Origin: Bilabrum cf. latius
Lineage: Eukaryota
DNA: 64,000 nt
Reading direction: 5' to 3'
Assembly (NCBI GenBank): GCA_965178125.1
Contig: OZ237737.1
Coordinates: 806,001-870,000, forward strand
The position numbers were made by a program, and so were the translations under genes. The first letter of the stretch is position 1; every line of letters begins with the position of its first letter. Under the pieces are notes generated by a model, which worked only from the letters and a program-made list of their open reading frames with translations, made no database searches and was not told the origin of the DNA. This document shows positions 26,701 through 38,600 of the stretch, in pieces.

Positions 26701-29700
26701 CTAGATCATGAGGCCGCCGACCAGTACTCCCTGGTGCTGCGAGCGACCGACGCCGATTCCAACCATGACGATGCGTTCGTACGGCTGATTGTGGAGGACA
26801 AGAACGAACCTAGCGTGATCGAGCGCATCGAGAAGCCTGATGGCACGACTCTTGGTGCTAGCGAGAAGCTGCAAGTGCGCGAGATGGCCACGAGTGGCAC
26901 CATCGTGGGTCGCGTGGTAGCCAGCGATGAAGATAGCGGTGCATGGGGCCGCATGCAGTTCTCGCTGGACCCCAACTCACCATCTACCTCATTCTTTGAG
27001 ATTGACGGTACGGGCGTGATCCGACTCCGTGCCGGTGCCCGCTTGGACTGGGAGAACCAGGACTCGTACGAGATCATCGCGATCGTTTAGGACTCTGACT
27101 TGGAGGCGCTTCCTATCGCTGTGAACACTACCATCGGTCTTACTGTTCTCAATGACAACGACGTGGCAATCACCTCAGTACACGTGACTGAAGCCACTGA
27201 GACCAGCCGTCTTGGCTACAACGTGTTCGTATCCTAGTCTGGCTCGGCTGGGCGTACCATGTACGGTGCCTCCCACGGAGAGATGGACGCCATGTTCAGC
27301 ACTCGCGGCGGTGCGGAAGTGGAGCTATGGGGTGCATCGTTCGGAAAGACTGCCGACCGCTTGTTGCGGGAGGGCAGCTCTGCCGAGGTGGGCCAGAACC
27401 CCACCACTGTCGCTGTGACATTCGGGCCCTCCGGGACTGAGTTCACCGCAACCGGGTGCTCGGTCGTGGAAGCCAACACAAAGATCAAGTGCACCGTGCC
27501 CGAGGGATATGGTAAGGATCATTTCTGGACTGTGACAGTGAATGGGGATCAGATGGCGAACTCGCTGCACAACGTGTCCTCGCGCGTGCTGGCCGGCAGC
27601 GCCGACGCCGGCACCGCTGACAGGAACCCCGAGACTGGCGCGCTGCTGCCGATGCAGCGGTTCCGTCGAACATCCTTCTTCCCGCCTGTGATCACCGCCG
27701 CGGCTTCCAGCTTCGGGGCAGCAGACGGATCTGATGATGGGGTACTACCGACTGAGGGCGGCTCTGTCGGCACTTCTGGTGACTACGCCATTGTGCTCAC
27801 CGGCACAGACCTTGGCCCCATTGGCAGTGACCTGCCCTAGGCCGCCCGTGATGCTATGCCTGCACAGCGCCTGCGGTACGGCGCGCAGAGCTCCGTGATG
27901 GCTCGCGCCGATGGTGCTGCTACCCTCAACCTGGAAACTACCGGATGCCAGGTATCGGTGGCTCACACTGAGATCAGGTGCGATGTGGTGCCAGGTGCGG
28001 GTCACAGCTTCGTGCTAACCGTGGATGTGGGTCAGCAGCGCTCTGAAGAGTTCTCCAACACGACTCTGAGGTACATGCGCCCGTCCATCACGGCAGTTCA
28101 TATGCCTCTGCTCAACGAGTCTGCGCCTGCAATGGGCGTCCAACCTCTCGACACGCGTGGTGGCTCTGATGCTGGCCTCATCACCATCGAGGGCGCAAAC
28201 ATGGGCCCTGCTGGGCTGGGTCCTTAGTACGTCCTGGCCTTCTACTCGGCGAGCTACGTCGCAGGCGATGCTGCCGGAGTGGACGCTGCTGGTGCTGCCC
28301 CCAACTCACTGGAGCTGATCGCCGACTAGCGGGCTGCCATCGAGGACAACGATGGCTTCGTCTACCAGGCCCTGGTGTGCAGGGTACCGGATGATCGTGC
28401 TCACCGCGTGATGGTGTGCGAGCCTTCTGCTGGTACTGGCATGGGCCATAGATGGCGAGTGGCCGTGGCTGGTTTGGCCAGTGCTGCCAGTGCTGATACC
28501 ACGAGGTACAGCGCACCTGTGCTCAAGAGCGTGAGCGGGCCAGGCGCCGTGAACGCACCGACGGACGGAGATGTTGCCATCCTACTGAACGGCAACTACT
28601 TTGGCCCAGTGACTGAGGTGGACGACGAAGGGATGATTTTGGGCACAGCTGCAACTCTGCCCACTGCAGTGTATGGTCGCCTGAACGACACACATGGCCG
28701 TACTTGGCCGTATTTTGCGGCGGTGAGCTGCCGCGTGGTTGTGGCACACGTCCAGATCGAGTGCAAGGTAGCCGAGGGCAGCGGAGACAAGCTGGTGTGG
28801 GCTGCATCGGTCGGTGGCCAGACATCTGGCCCCCAGGAGACAGCAATGTCCAGCTACCACCCACCGGTCATCTCGATATACAGGGGGCCAGGCTCCCAGC
28901 TCGCATACACGAACGGCTCCCAGATCGTGGACATCGAAGGCAGGAACTTCGGGCCTGTCGGCACGCCAGTGGATCGTGCCGTCTACGGCAGCGAGGAGCT
29001 CGACGTCGAGTTTGGTGCCACTGACTGCTTTGTGCTCCAGGCACATGAGGTGGTGCGGTGCCTGACCGCGGTGGGTGCCGGTGAAGGCCTCAGGTGGCGC
29101 ATGACTGTTGACAGACTGCAGAGCGTGAGCCCCACAACGTCCTACTCGCCGCCGCACATCTCCAGCTTCGAGAGCGAGTCGGGCAGCTTGCCCATCAATG
29201 AGCTGAGCACAGATGGTGGTGACTGGGTCTTGATTCATGGTATGAACTTCTCCGTTGCAGAGCACTTGGAGGAGGTGACGTACGGGCCTGCAGGCACCGG
29301 CTTCACCGCGCTGAACTGCTCTATCTACGAGGACCATTTCACACTGCGGTGCCTCACTGTACCAGGTCCGCCAGGATAGGCCATGAAATGGATCGTGCGC
29401 GTGGGTGGATAGGCCAGCCAGCCTTCCGCCGCCGTGACCCGGTATGCGCCGCCCCGCGTTTTGGCAGCCCAGCCGATCTCGGGACCAACGGAAGGCGATG
29501 TCACTGTTCTTGTCACCGGCACGAACCTGGGACTGGCCTGGAACTCGGCGGCGGTGGGCATCCGTTTCAATGCGGATGGTCTCATGGACAACGATGACTC
29601 TCGCTTCATGCGAGTGCTCGACTCGAGCAGCCTTGCTCCTGGTGAGACTGACGGCATCCCAGCAGACATGCGGAGGTACCTCGTCCTCTCGAGACTCGGG

Positions 29701-32700
29701 GGCGAGGATGGGGCCAGGCAATCGTCTGGCATCAGGACACTGCAGCCGGCAGGGTATCCCTACCCATTGAGCATGTACAACGACGATCAGGACGCAGCCG
29801 ACATGGCTCGCGTAGAAGACGACGCCACTCTGAAGGAGTGGGTGGCTGGTCTTTCTAGGCCAAGGGTTACCGACGAGCGCATTGTGCAGCACCGTGGACT
29901 GCACCAGGTGGAGTTCAGTCTACCCGAGGGGTATGGCACGGACCGAGAGCTCTTCTTGACCATCGGTGCTGGCAACGCGCTGTCCAACGTGGCTCTGTTT
30001 GACTTCGGCAAGCCCGAGATCAAGAACATCGCCCCTGATCGTATCCTGACTGACTTTGGCATCGACCCCGAGAGCCTCGAGGCGCAGACATCGCTGCGTG
30101 TGATCATCGAGGGCGAGAACTTTTGCAACGGAAAGGACGGCTGCGGGTCCGTGCGGATCGATGGGCTGCCGGTAGATTCATGGACTTGGACGCATTCCGA
30201 GATCGTGGTTCTATATCGGAAAGATCCAGCCGAGGATGCCTCCAGGGAGCACATCGTGCAGCTTGTGGTGGGCGGACAGGTGTCCAATGAGTTCGGGTTC
30301 GCGGAGCCCATACCCTCCTTCGATGGCAGGAACCAGCCCAACGACTACGAGAATGTGCCCACAGATGCCATTGACCCTGCCACCGGCAACCGCATGGTGT
30401 TCGAGATCTTCGGTGTGGCAGACCTGAACCGCGTACCTCTGGACCAGCTCAACGTTACCATCGGCGGACGTATGTGCTCCAATGTTGCAGTGAACCCCTG
30501 CCAGGAGCCCACTGACGGTCGCACGTGCTCCAGTGGATCGTGCTGCCCTGACAACACCCAGGCCACCACGTACTCGACCCTCAGCTGCCTGATGCCCGAG
30601 GGTACTGGGGCCGGTAATGTAGTGCTGATCGCCGTGACTGGGGCTACCAGCCGAGAAGACAGTGGGCTAACTGTGTCCTACGGCAAGCCGCAGGTGGCTC
30701 GCGTGATCACTCTGGAGGACTACCCGGGCCTGCCCGCCGGCAGTGATCTCTTGGCCGCCGACCGCTTCTTCGACTCGGAGGTGTACGACCAGGCGTGGCT
30801 CGATTTCGAGGCGGATGGCTCCACAGGCACGCCGCCAGCGCTGCCCAGACCCCGCCGCGGTATGCCTACGAGCGGCTGCCGCGTACGTCTGGAGGGCCTC
30901 AACTTCGGAACATCGTCGCTTGCCACCCCGCTTGTGGCATTGCCCGAGGTGGAAGTGGTCCACAACGCCAGCCTGGGCCACTAGCACACGCACAACGCGA
31001 TTGAGGCTGTGATTGGCCCTGGTGCCGGTACTGTGCGCGCACTTACTGTCGCGATCACGGACCAATTCTCCGAGGGCAGGCGCGGGCTGCGGTACGGACA
31101 GCCCATCGTCACGTCGATCTCCGCTGAGGCGTTCGTGCCCGGTAGTGCAGCTGGCCCCGCACCCACCGCGGGGGATGCCCTAGTTCGAATTGAGGGCAGG
31201 AACTTCGGTCCTGGTGGTCCCGCAGACCCGTCTCTGGAGGTGCTCATCGGCGGCAGGCAGTGCACGATTGACGCTGTGAGGGACCCTTGGACAGCGAATG
31301 CCCAGCACTCGTCGCTGCTGTGCCGCACTCCCGCAGGACAGTCTCGCGACCTTGCAGTTCATGTGGCACTGGCAGGACAGTCCAGTGACATCTCGGAGGA
31401 AGCACCCGCCGGCGCGCTAATTGATTCTTCTATGCAGTCAGATGAATCCTCTCCCATCGTGAGATATGCCTACAACCGACCCGTGGTGCAGTCTCTGTGG
31501 CCTCGTTCTGCTCCCACCAGCGGACAGAGGGTGGTGCTCCCGACGATGAACGAGACCCGAGAGAACCCATTTGCCATGTGGGACGTTTTCGAGGGCCTGC
31601 TGGAGATCGAGGAGGCCAAGCTGGAGTCGGGAGAGGGCATGACCTCGGAGGACGCGGTGATCGCAACGCTGGCTGGCATGGACTTCGGACTCGAGGGATC
31701 CGCGTGGATTGAGTTCTACGTGCCCCCACAGGCAGGGCGACGGGAGCTGCAGAGTTTCACTCGGGCCACAGGCCCTTCGCCAGGCTTCCCGCTGTCCGAG
31801 GACTCGCTCTTGGTTGGACCGTCTGACATGGTCTCGCAGAACCATACGCACATGCGCTTCCCCATCCCGCGCGGTAGCTACATGTCAAACGACATGGTCA
31901 TCGTGGTGTGGGTCGGTGGTCAGTCGTCGGCAAACTCGCCAGAGGATGTGAACCCGCGCATCAGCTTCGTGTTTGACCCACCCAGGCTGTATGGCGTCAA
32001 GAACTTTGAGCGAGACCCCGAGGACTGTGAGGACGTGGATCGCTGCTTTAACACGTATGACGCTGCCACTGGGACGTACACGAGGCACTGCCGCAAGGCG
32101 CCCGCCGAGTGCTACGACACGATTGGCCAGTTCTACTTAGAGCTGGTTGGCGAGTCGTTCGGCACCGACGGTGGCGTGAGTGTGCGCGTAGGCGAGTGGG
32201 ACTGCCCACTCGCCGCCGACAATGAGATCCCGGGCAGGGTGGGTTCGCATTCCCACTTTAGGATCGTGTGTCGCGCTCCAGCTGGCTATGGTGACAACCT
32301 CCCGGTGACCGTGTCTGTAAACGGTAGGTCATCTTAGGATGATCGCATCGAGTACGTGCCTGACAGCTCAGACCCAAGCGGCTCCCGCATGGTGGTGGTT
32401 GAGGAGGCACCCGAGCCAGTAATCTTCGCGTATGACCCGCCAGTCGTGATGGCCGTGCAGAGCTCTGAGCCCAACGCTGACGGAGACGAGGTGCGTATCC
32501 GCGGTAAGAACTTCGGCGGCGAGCCGACACTTGTGGAGATTGTCATCGGTGGTCTGGAGTGCATCGAGCCGCAGTGGCTGAACGACGGGCTACTGCAGTG
32601 CGAGGCCTAGCGCGACCGTGTGGGCCTGAAGAACATGACCATTCTGGCTGCAAACCGCACAGAGCCCTACATCATCTACGAATACGAGGAGCTGGTGTTC

Positions 32701-35214
32701 TTCCAGTGCGAGAAGGATTTCTACGGGCTTGTGGGCGAGTTCTGCGTGAACTGCGAGGAGGAGCGCATCGGTGCTGTATGCCCCGGTGGCGAGTCGTACG
32801 AGGATCTGGTCACGAGCGACGAAGGATTCTGGAGACTTGACTACAACGTCACGAGTGGCGACGACAAGGACACAAGGTATTGCCATCCAGGTCGCAACGA
32901 GTTCCACGAGCTGTCGGTGCTCAGGGAGCAGCAGTGCATGTACACGGCACCGTGCGAGCCTACGTGGGCCTGTGTCGGCAACAACACCTGCTCCGATGGC
33001 TACACGGGTGATCGCTGCTCGCAGTGCGTAAAGGGTACCCATTATCGGATCGGTGGTGAGTGCAGGAAGTGCCCTGACAGACCATGGCTGATCTTCGTCG
33101 GGATGGGAGTCGCTGCCATGATGGCAGGGACCGCTGGCTTCATCCTCAACAGGAAGGGCATCAAGAACGTGCTGATCATGATCTGCGCTGACACCTTCCA
33201 GGTGCTGGCTCTGTTCTCCAACGCACGCATCCGCTGGCCCCCGGTCCTGGAGCGCTTCTTCCAGATCCTGTCCGCCTTCAACCTGAACGTCGAGCTGGCG
33301 GCCCCGGAGTGCATCCAACCCGATGTGACCTACGAGCAGAAGTTCGCAGCCACTGTGCTTCTTCCGGTCGTGGTGGTTATCTTGTTCTTCTCGGTGTATC
33401 TGGGACGCCTGATCTACAAGATGTGCTGCACCAGCAAGGGCAAGGAGCACCTACACGCCCATGCGCCGCAGCTGATCAGCTCACTCATCATCCTGTCGCG
33501 CGTGTGCTACCTGTTTGTGACTCAGGCTGCTCTCAGCACCGTGAGCTGCCTGCAGACGACTCCTCCGGACCCACAGGGAGTGACGTACATGGATGGTCTG
33601 CTTGACTACCCGTGCTGGCAGCCAGGCTCCAAGCAGCTGGTCCTGTTCCCCTTCGGCATGGCTGCATTCCTGGGATACAGCATCGTGCTGCCTCTGGCCA
33701 TGTTCTGGTTCGCTCGATCAAACAAGAACTCGATCAAGCACGACCAGATCCTGCGTGCAGCCGGCACAGGCAACGACAACAAGAGCAAGTTGTACCACTT
33801 CCGCAAGACGTGGCACCAGCTCTACTACCCATTCAAGCCCGGGAGCAGCGCTTGGATGATCATGGTCATCACCCGCAAGTTCGCCATCGCGACCATTGCT
33901 CTGGTGTTCCGTGTCTCCCCGACGTACCAGATGAGCGTGCTGATGCTGGCCCTGTTCGCTGCCTTCGTGCTGCAGATCCGCCACGAGCCCTTCATGTCTC
34001 GTGGCGACCACTCACGCGTGATCGCCGAGCATCGTGTCAAAGTGCTGTCCAGCATCGAGCATGCCCGGATCGAGTCCGAGATCCAGGCCATGCTGGAGAA
34101 GAACTACAAGCGGACGCACAAGGTGGACGCACTCCTTGACACCCGTACTAGCGGCAACACGGTCGGCGAGCAGATCGTCAAGTACTTGCTGGACTACAAC
34201 CAGGTAGAGGCCTTCCTGCTGGGCTGCGGTATCCTCGTATGCCTCGCCGCCGTCATGCTGGCCTCGAGCCGATTCGACCCCGACCAGATCGACTACTATC
34301 AGAGCGAGTACGACGCGATCACGTGGGCGACGGTGCTCATCCTCGTGGTCATCGTGATGTACGCTCTGATCGTGCTGGCCCTGGACATCTACTTTGGCGT
34401 CGCACCGGACCACGCTGCCGCTACGCTGCAGTCGTGCGGGTGCTGCAAGTCCATCGCTGAGCGGGCCAACGCCCACGACGTCGCCAAGGCCGGCAAGGGC
34501 GGCAAGAAGGGCGCCGAGATGCTTCAAGATGACGGCGAGGATGACCTACAGATGGCCAGCAACCCGCTGATGATGCAGGCCATGAACAGCAAGGGCGCCT
34601 CGGCCAGCGGCGTGGGTGCCTCGTTCTCAGTGGACACGATGCTGGCGATGGAACACCCGCCCCCGCAGGAGATGTGGCCCAGCGTCCGCCTGTGGATGAA
34701 CAGCCTGCACGGTTCCGTGGAGCAGCTGAAGGAGAGGCTGCAGCAGCAACAGGTGGATGCCGCCAGGACCTCCGCGCCCACCAGCGGGGGCAGCAGCACG
34801 ACCCCGGCCAGGCGCAGGATGAAGGACTATGGCACTGGCAGGCAGAAGAAGCGGTTCGGGCAGAGCGCAACCAGGCAGGGTAAGCTGGCGACTCGGGCTG
34901 GCTCCGGCAAGGGTCGCTCCCAGCGGCCATTGCTCAGCAACATGCGTGTGAAGCGCAGCAGCATCAAGGCAGCCGGGGCGGCCTCTCCGCTAGCAAGCGA
35001 TGACGGCATGGAGACGAACCCTCTTGTCGCAGCTGCGGCGGGTCAGAGCACGAAGCAGGCAGATTCTGACGGGGCTGCGAGTCCTGCGGCTGCAAGCCGA
35101 TCCAGTGCCTCGGAGGAGGGCCCTGCTGCCCAAGCGTTCGCAAGTGCTGCGGCGGATGAGAGAAGCGGAGTGAACCCAATGGCGAGCCTGTCGCGCCAGT
35201 CCGACGGGCAGTGA
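17707..35214 (+). CDS. Giant (>5,500 aa) adhesion receptor-like protein: Cys-rich repeats, about 20 cadherin domains, IPT/TIG-like repeats, laminin-EGF-like Cys region, about 9 TM segments, cytoplasmic tail
   Basis: Small 5' exons (introns seen at 18381-18475, 18571-18672 and 19322-19479; true start uncertain), then one 15.7 kb exon at 19480-35214. That exon is a single frame with 19 in-frame TAG and no TAA or TGA until TGA 35212. Cadherin motifs run about 19760-27170, repeated (I/L)xGxNFG...VGGQxS TIG-like units about 27260-32700, and hydrophobic segments about 33085-34385. Confidence 0.9.
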
Positions 35215-35690
35215 GAGGGTAGGTAGAGACGCATATTTTATCATTTAACAGGCAGGCCTCCATGCGAAGGCAGCCCTGTACTTGCATTAAGACAGTCAGA
35301 CGAGGGACGAACGAACGGTGAGACGGGTCACACTGTGGCTTTACGCTGCCAATGGTCCACACGCGCAAGCGTGTGCTCCATGGCTATACGCGACGTCTTG
35401 GAAGTGAATTCCATGGTTCACCGCGCTTGTAGTCGCCTAGTTTGATTTTTACATTTTTTGCCGGTGGTTGCGACCATAGGCCTTAGTATCATTTTCTACT
35501 CCGAGTATTGCACGTCGCGACGCAACAAAATGTTTTATACTCGTTCAGCCCCCACATCATGTCACATCGAACGTGAAGAAATTCACGGAAGACTGGGTTT
35601 TTGGTACAACGTCATCAAGATTCACTTGTTGATTGTATCAAAATCCATCCGACCGACTCTGTAAATCTGAGAAGGTCTATCTGCACCGTC

Positions 35691-38600
35691 ATGCTATCAT
35701 TTGCCATCGCGTGCATCATGGCCGCTTGCGCCATGGCGCAATTGGTTCCAGACCAAACGCTCGGCTCCAAGCTGATCGACTTTTGGGACAGTGAGTCAAC
35801 AGTAAAGCGCTTGACGGCTGGCGTGGCCCTGTGGTTGCGAGAGGGGGCAAAGTTGCAGAGGAGGCATTTGGCACGCGCCGTCCAGCATATGTACATCTGG
35901 TAGTCCAAATGATCACAAGATTCCATAAATTTCGCAGCAACAAGCTTTAGTAAGACGAGAACGACGTACCCGTCGAGCTGGAAGAGCTGGAGGGGTCGCA
36001 CGCTGTCGCAGGTGAGCACCTACTTATCGCGCCCACGCACGCACGCGCACGCGCGCGTGCTCCCTATCGGAAAGTCAAGATCTGACCCTAACTTGCAATC
36101 ACAACGATGCCTTTGCAGTCAAATCGATTCAACCAACCCTATACCATGACAAGGCGGTTGATGTGCCAGCCGTGAGAGCAATACGGTGTTGCTTGTGACT
36201 CTTTCGTACGAGTGTTCCGTCAAGGCTTCGCGGTTTGCCTACCGCCACCATCCACCTTTTTACGCAGAGGTATGTTCTTCGACTGGTCTGGACGTGACTT
36301 CATGACCGCACCCAGTGATGCGCAGCTCGATTTCGCGAACATGGGAACGCACGTGAGTTTGCCGTGTCTCAAGTCCTGAGTTGTTGAGAAACGTCGCGTA
36401 CTGCCCAGAAAATCATTCACACGTTTGCTTTGTGTCAAGCTGTCACCGCAGGGACACATTATCTATATCGTCGGCAGTTCTTGGTACAGTGTGAACCGGG
36501 GCACCATGCTCCGGAAGGGTGAAGCCTTCAGGAGCGGATCTCGCCGCACGTACTGGGAGATGATGCAGTCAATTACCTCGTCGAACCGCCGATTCGCGTT
36601 CGTCGCGTCGTCTTCGAGGACTACGAGCATTCGTTACTCAGGAGCCACATCGCTACCAAACAACCCGTCGTCGGTGTCCTACAAGACATACACTGGGCAT
36701 GTCCAGGTGACTGACTACAGTTCAGGCGTAAGAGACCCATATTCTGATGCATCGCAGGGAAATAGGATGTATTTCTAAATGATTTTCTCAAAAATTGCTC
36801 TCGAAGATGGCTACCGCAGCTCCGCCGAACGTGGATTTACGCTGAGATCGATTTCAGCACGTCAAGTCGGTCCTTCGGGAACGTCGATAATGCGCGCAGT
36901 TGGTACTACTACATTGACCAAGCATCCTCAACATCATCATCCAACAAGGCCAACGTCCTGTCGAGTGGAAGCTCCTACCCGCTCCAGGTCGGAGCGAGCT
37001 TCAACGCATTCGAAGGAGTGATCATGGAGTTCGGGATCATGAACTCGACGAACTTCAATGATGAGAACCGCCTGCGCTCGTACCTCGCGAACAAGTGGGG
37101 CACCGGAGGCTGCCCTGCAGCAAACTCTATCACGAACGGACATGGGGTTGTCGCAACCACAAGCACGGACTACTGGTGCCGAGTGCCTTTCGAGAACAGG
37201 GACTGCACACAATCCTGCGCGTCTGGACAGGGCAAGCCGGTTGGCGGTGTAGCCACGAAGACATGCCAGAATGGCGTGTGGTCAACTCACGACTTGATCT
37301 GCGAGAAGACGTGCGAGATGACCGAGGGTCCCGCCTTCACCGCCGGCTGCTACCGCACCGTTGTGTCGGCCGACTTCAATGGCGACACGGCAAGCACCCT
37401 CTCGGGTCCGCTGCGCACCTTTCGCTTGTACCCACGCACGAACCCGGCACTTAACAGCGTCTACATGTCGACCACGACCGACGGCCGTCTCAAGGTGGAT
37501 CCTCGTGCCTGCACTTGGGCTACCGTGTTCTACGCCGAGGACAACCCAGCGTGGCTCGACACCGGCGACAGCCAGCAGGTGGTGACCGTGGAGGCCACCA
37601 TGCAGCTCGAGTGGGGCCGAGGTGGCCTGACCTTCAAGATGACTGACGACCGCACCAACTTCCGTGTCGACTACACGAACTACGGATCCACATGGTGGTA
37701 CCTTTACCTGATCATGCAGGTGAACGGTCGGTGGAACTATCTCGGCAACATCAACTCGTTCAGTCGGAACCTGCCGCCCATCTACGTGCCCCAGCGCATT
37801 GCTGATGCTCGTTTTAACGGCTTCCGCAACATCACCCTCACCCAATTCTTCGACGACGCCAAGGAGTAGGCTCGCCTTGCTGGTCACGACCAGAGGTACC
37901 CCGAGTTCATCATCCGTGCCCGCGTGAAGGCCCAAAATGTGCGTGTGTGGCTGCTGCCCCTGGATGCCACCCACGGCATGGCCAAGGAGGGCGCCACCTC
38001 GGACACCCATGAGGTGCGCAACGACATCGACAGGTACTACGGATATGATGGGCAGTTCTCGCCGCTGTGGGGACCTCAGAATGGCTACCGCAACAAGGAT
38101 GGTGATGATGCACCCGACAAGATCTTCACGGCCAACGAGGAAGAGACCCTGGACGACACGAAGCCTTTGTGGGAGTTCAACCGCAACGACATCCAGGCTG
38201 GCACTGCCGGCATGTACGTGTACGGCACTGCCTACTTCGACAACTATCGCGTCTCGACCTCATGCGGTGCTGGCAGGTCATGCCTGAACGTGCGAGGGTA
38301 CAAGGGCAACGGGTGCACGTGGGGCTGCGCCGAGGGCTTCCTGCCCAAGAACGTGTCCGAGCAGTCTGCCATGTGCAACCATGAGGGCAACGGAGAGGTA
38401 GCCTGGTCGAGCCAGGGCGTGCAGTGCAAGCTGATCCCGCCCACCTTTGACTCCAACCACCCGCCGCTTGAGGTCCGCGAGGACGCCAACGCAGACACCC
38501 CGATCGGGCTGCCCATCGCTGATTCCGTGACTACCAATGCATCCGATGCCATCACGCTCATCTACAACCTGACTGATGGCTACTAGGATGACAATGGCAA

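Noticed and set aside
19480-35214. About 20 separate small cadherin/TIG genes, as the ORF track suggests
   Set aside because: All fragments share one frame, abut across single TAG codons, and the breaks fall inside domains.
36028-36062. (GCAC/GC)n alternating purine-pyrimidine tract
   Set aside because: A short intronic microsatellite-like run, not seen in the paralogue; no evidence of function.
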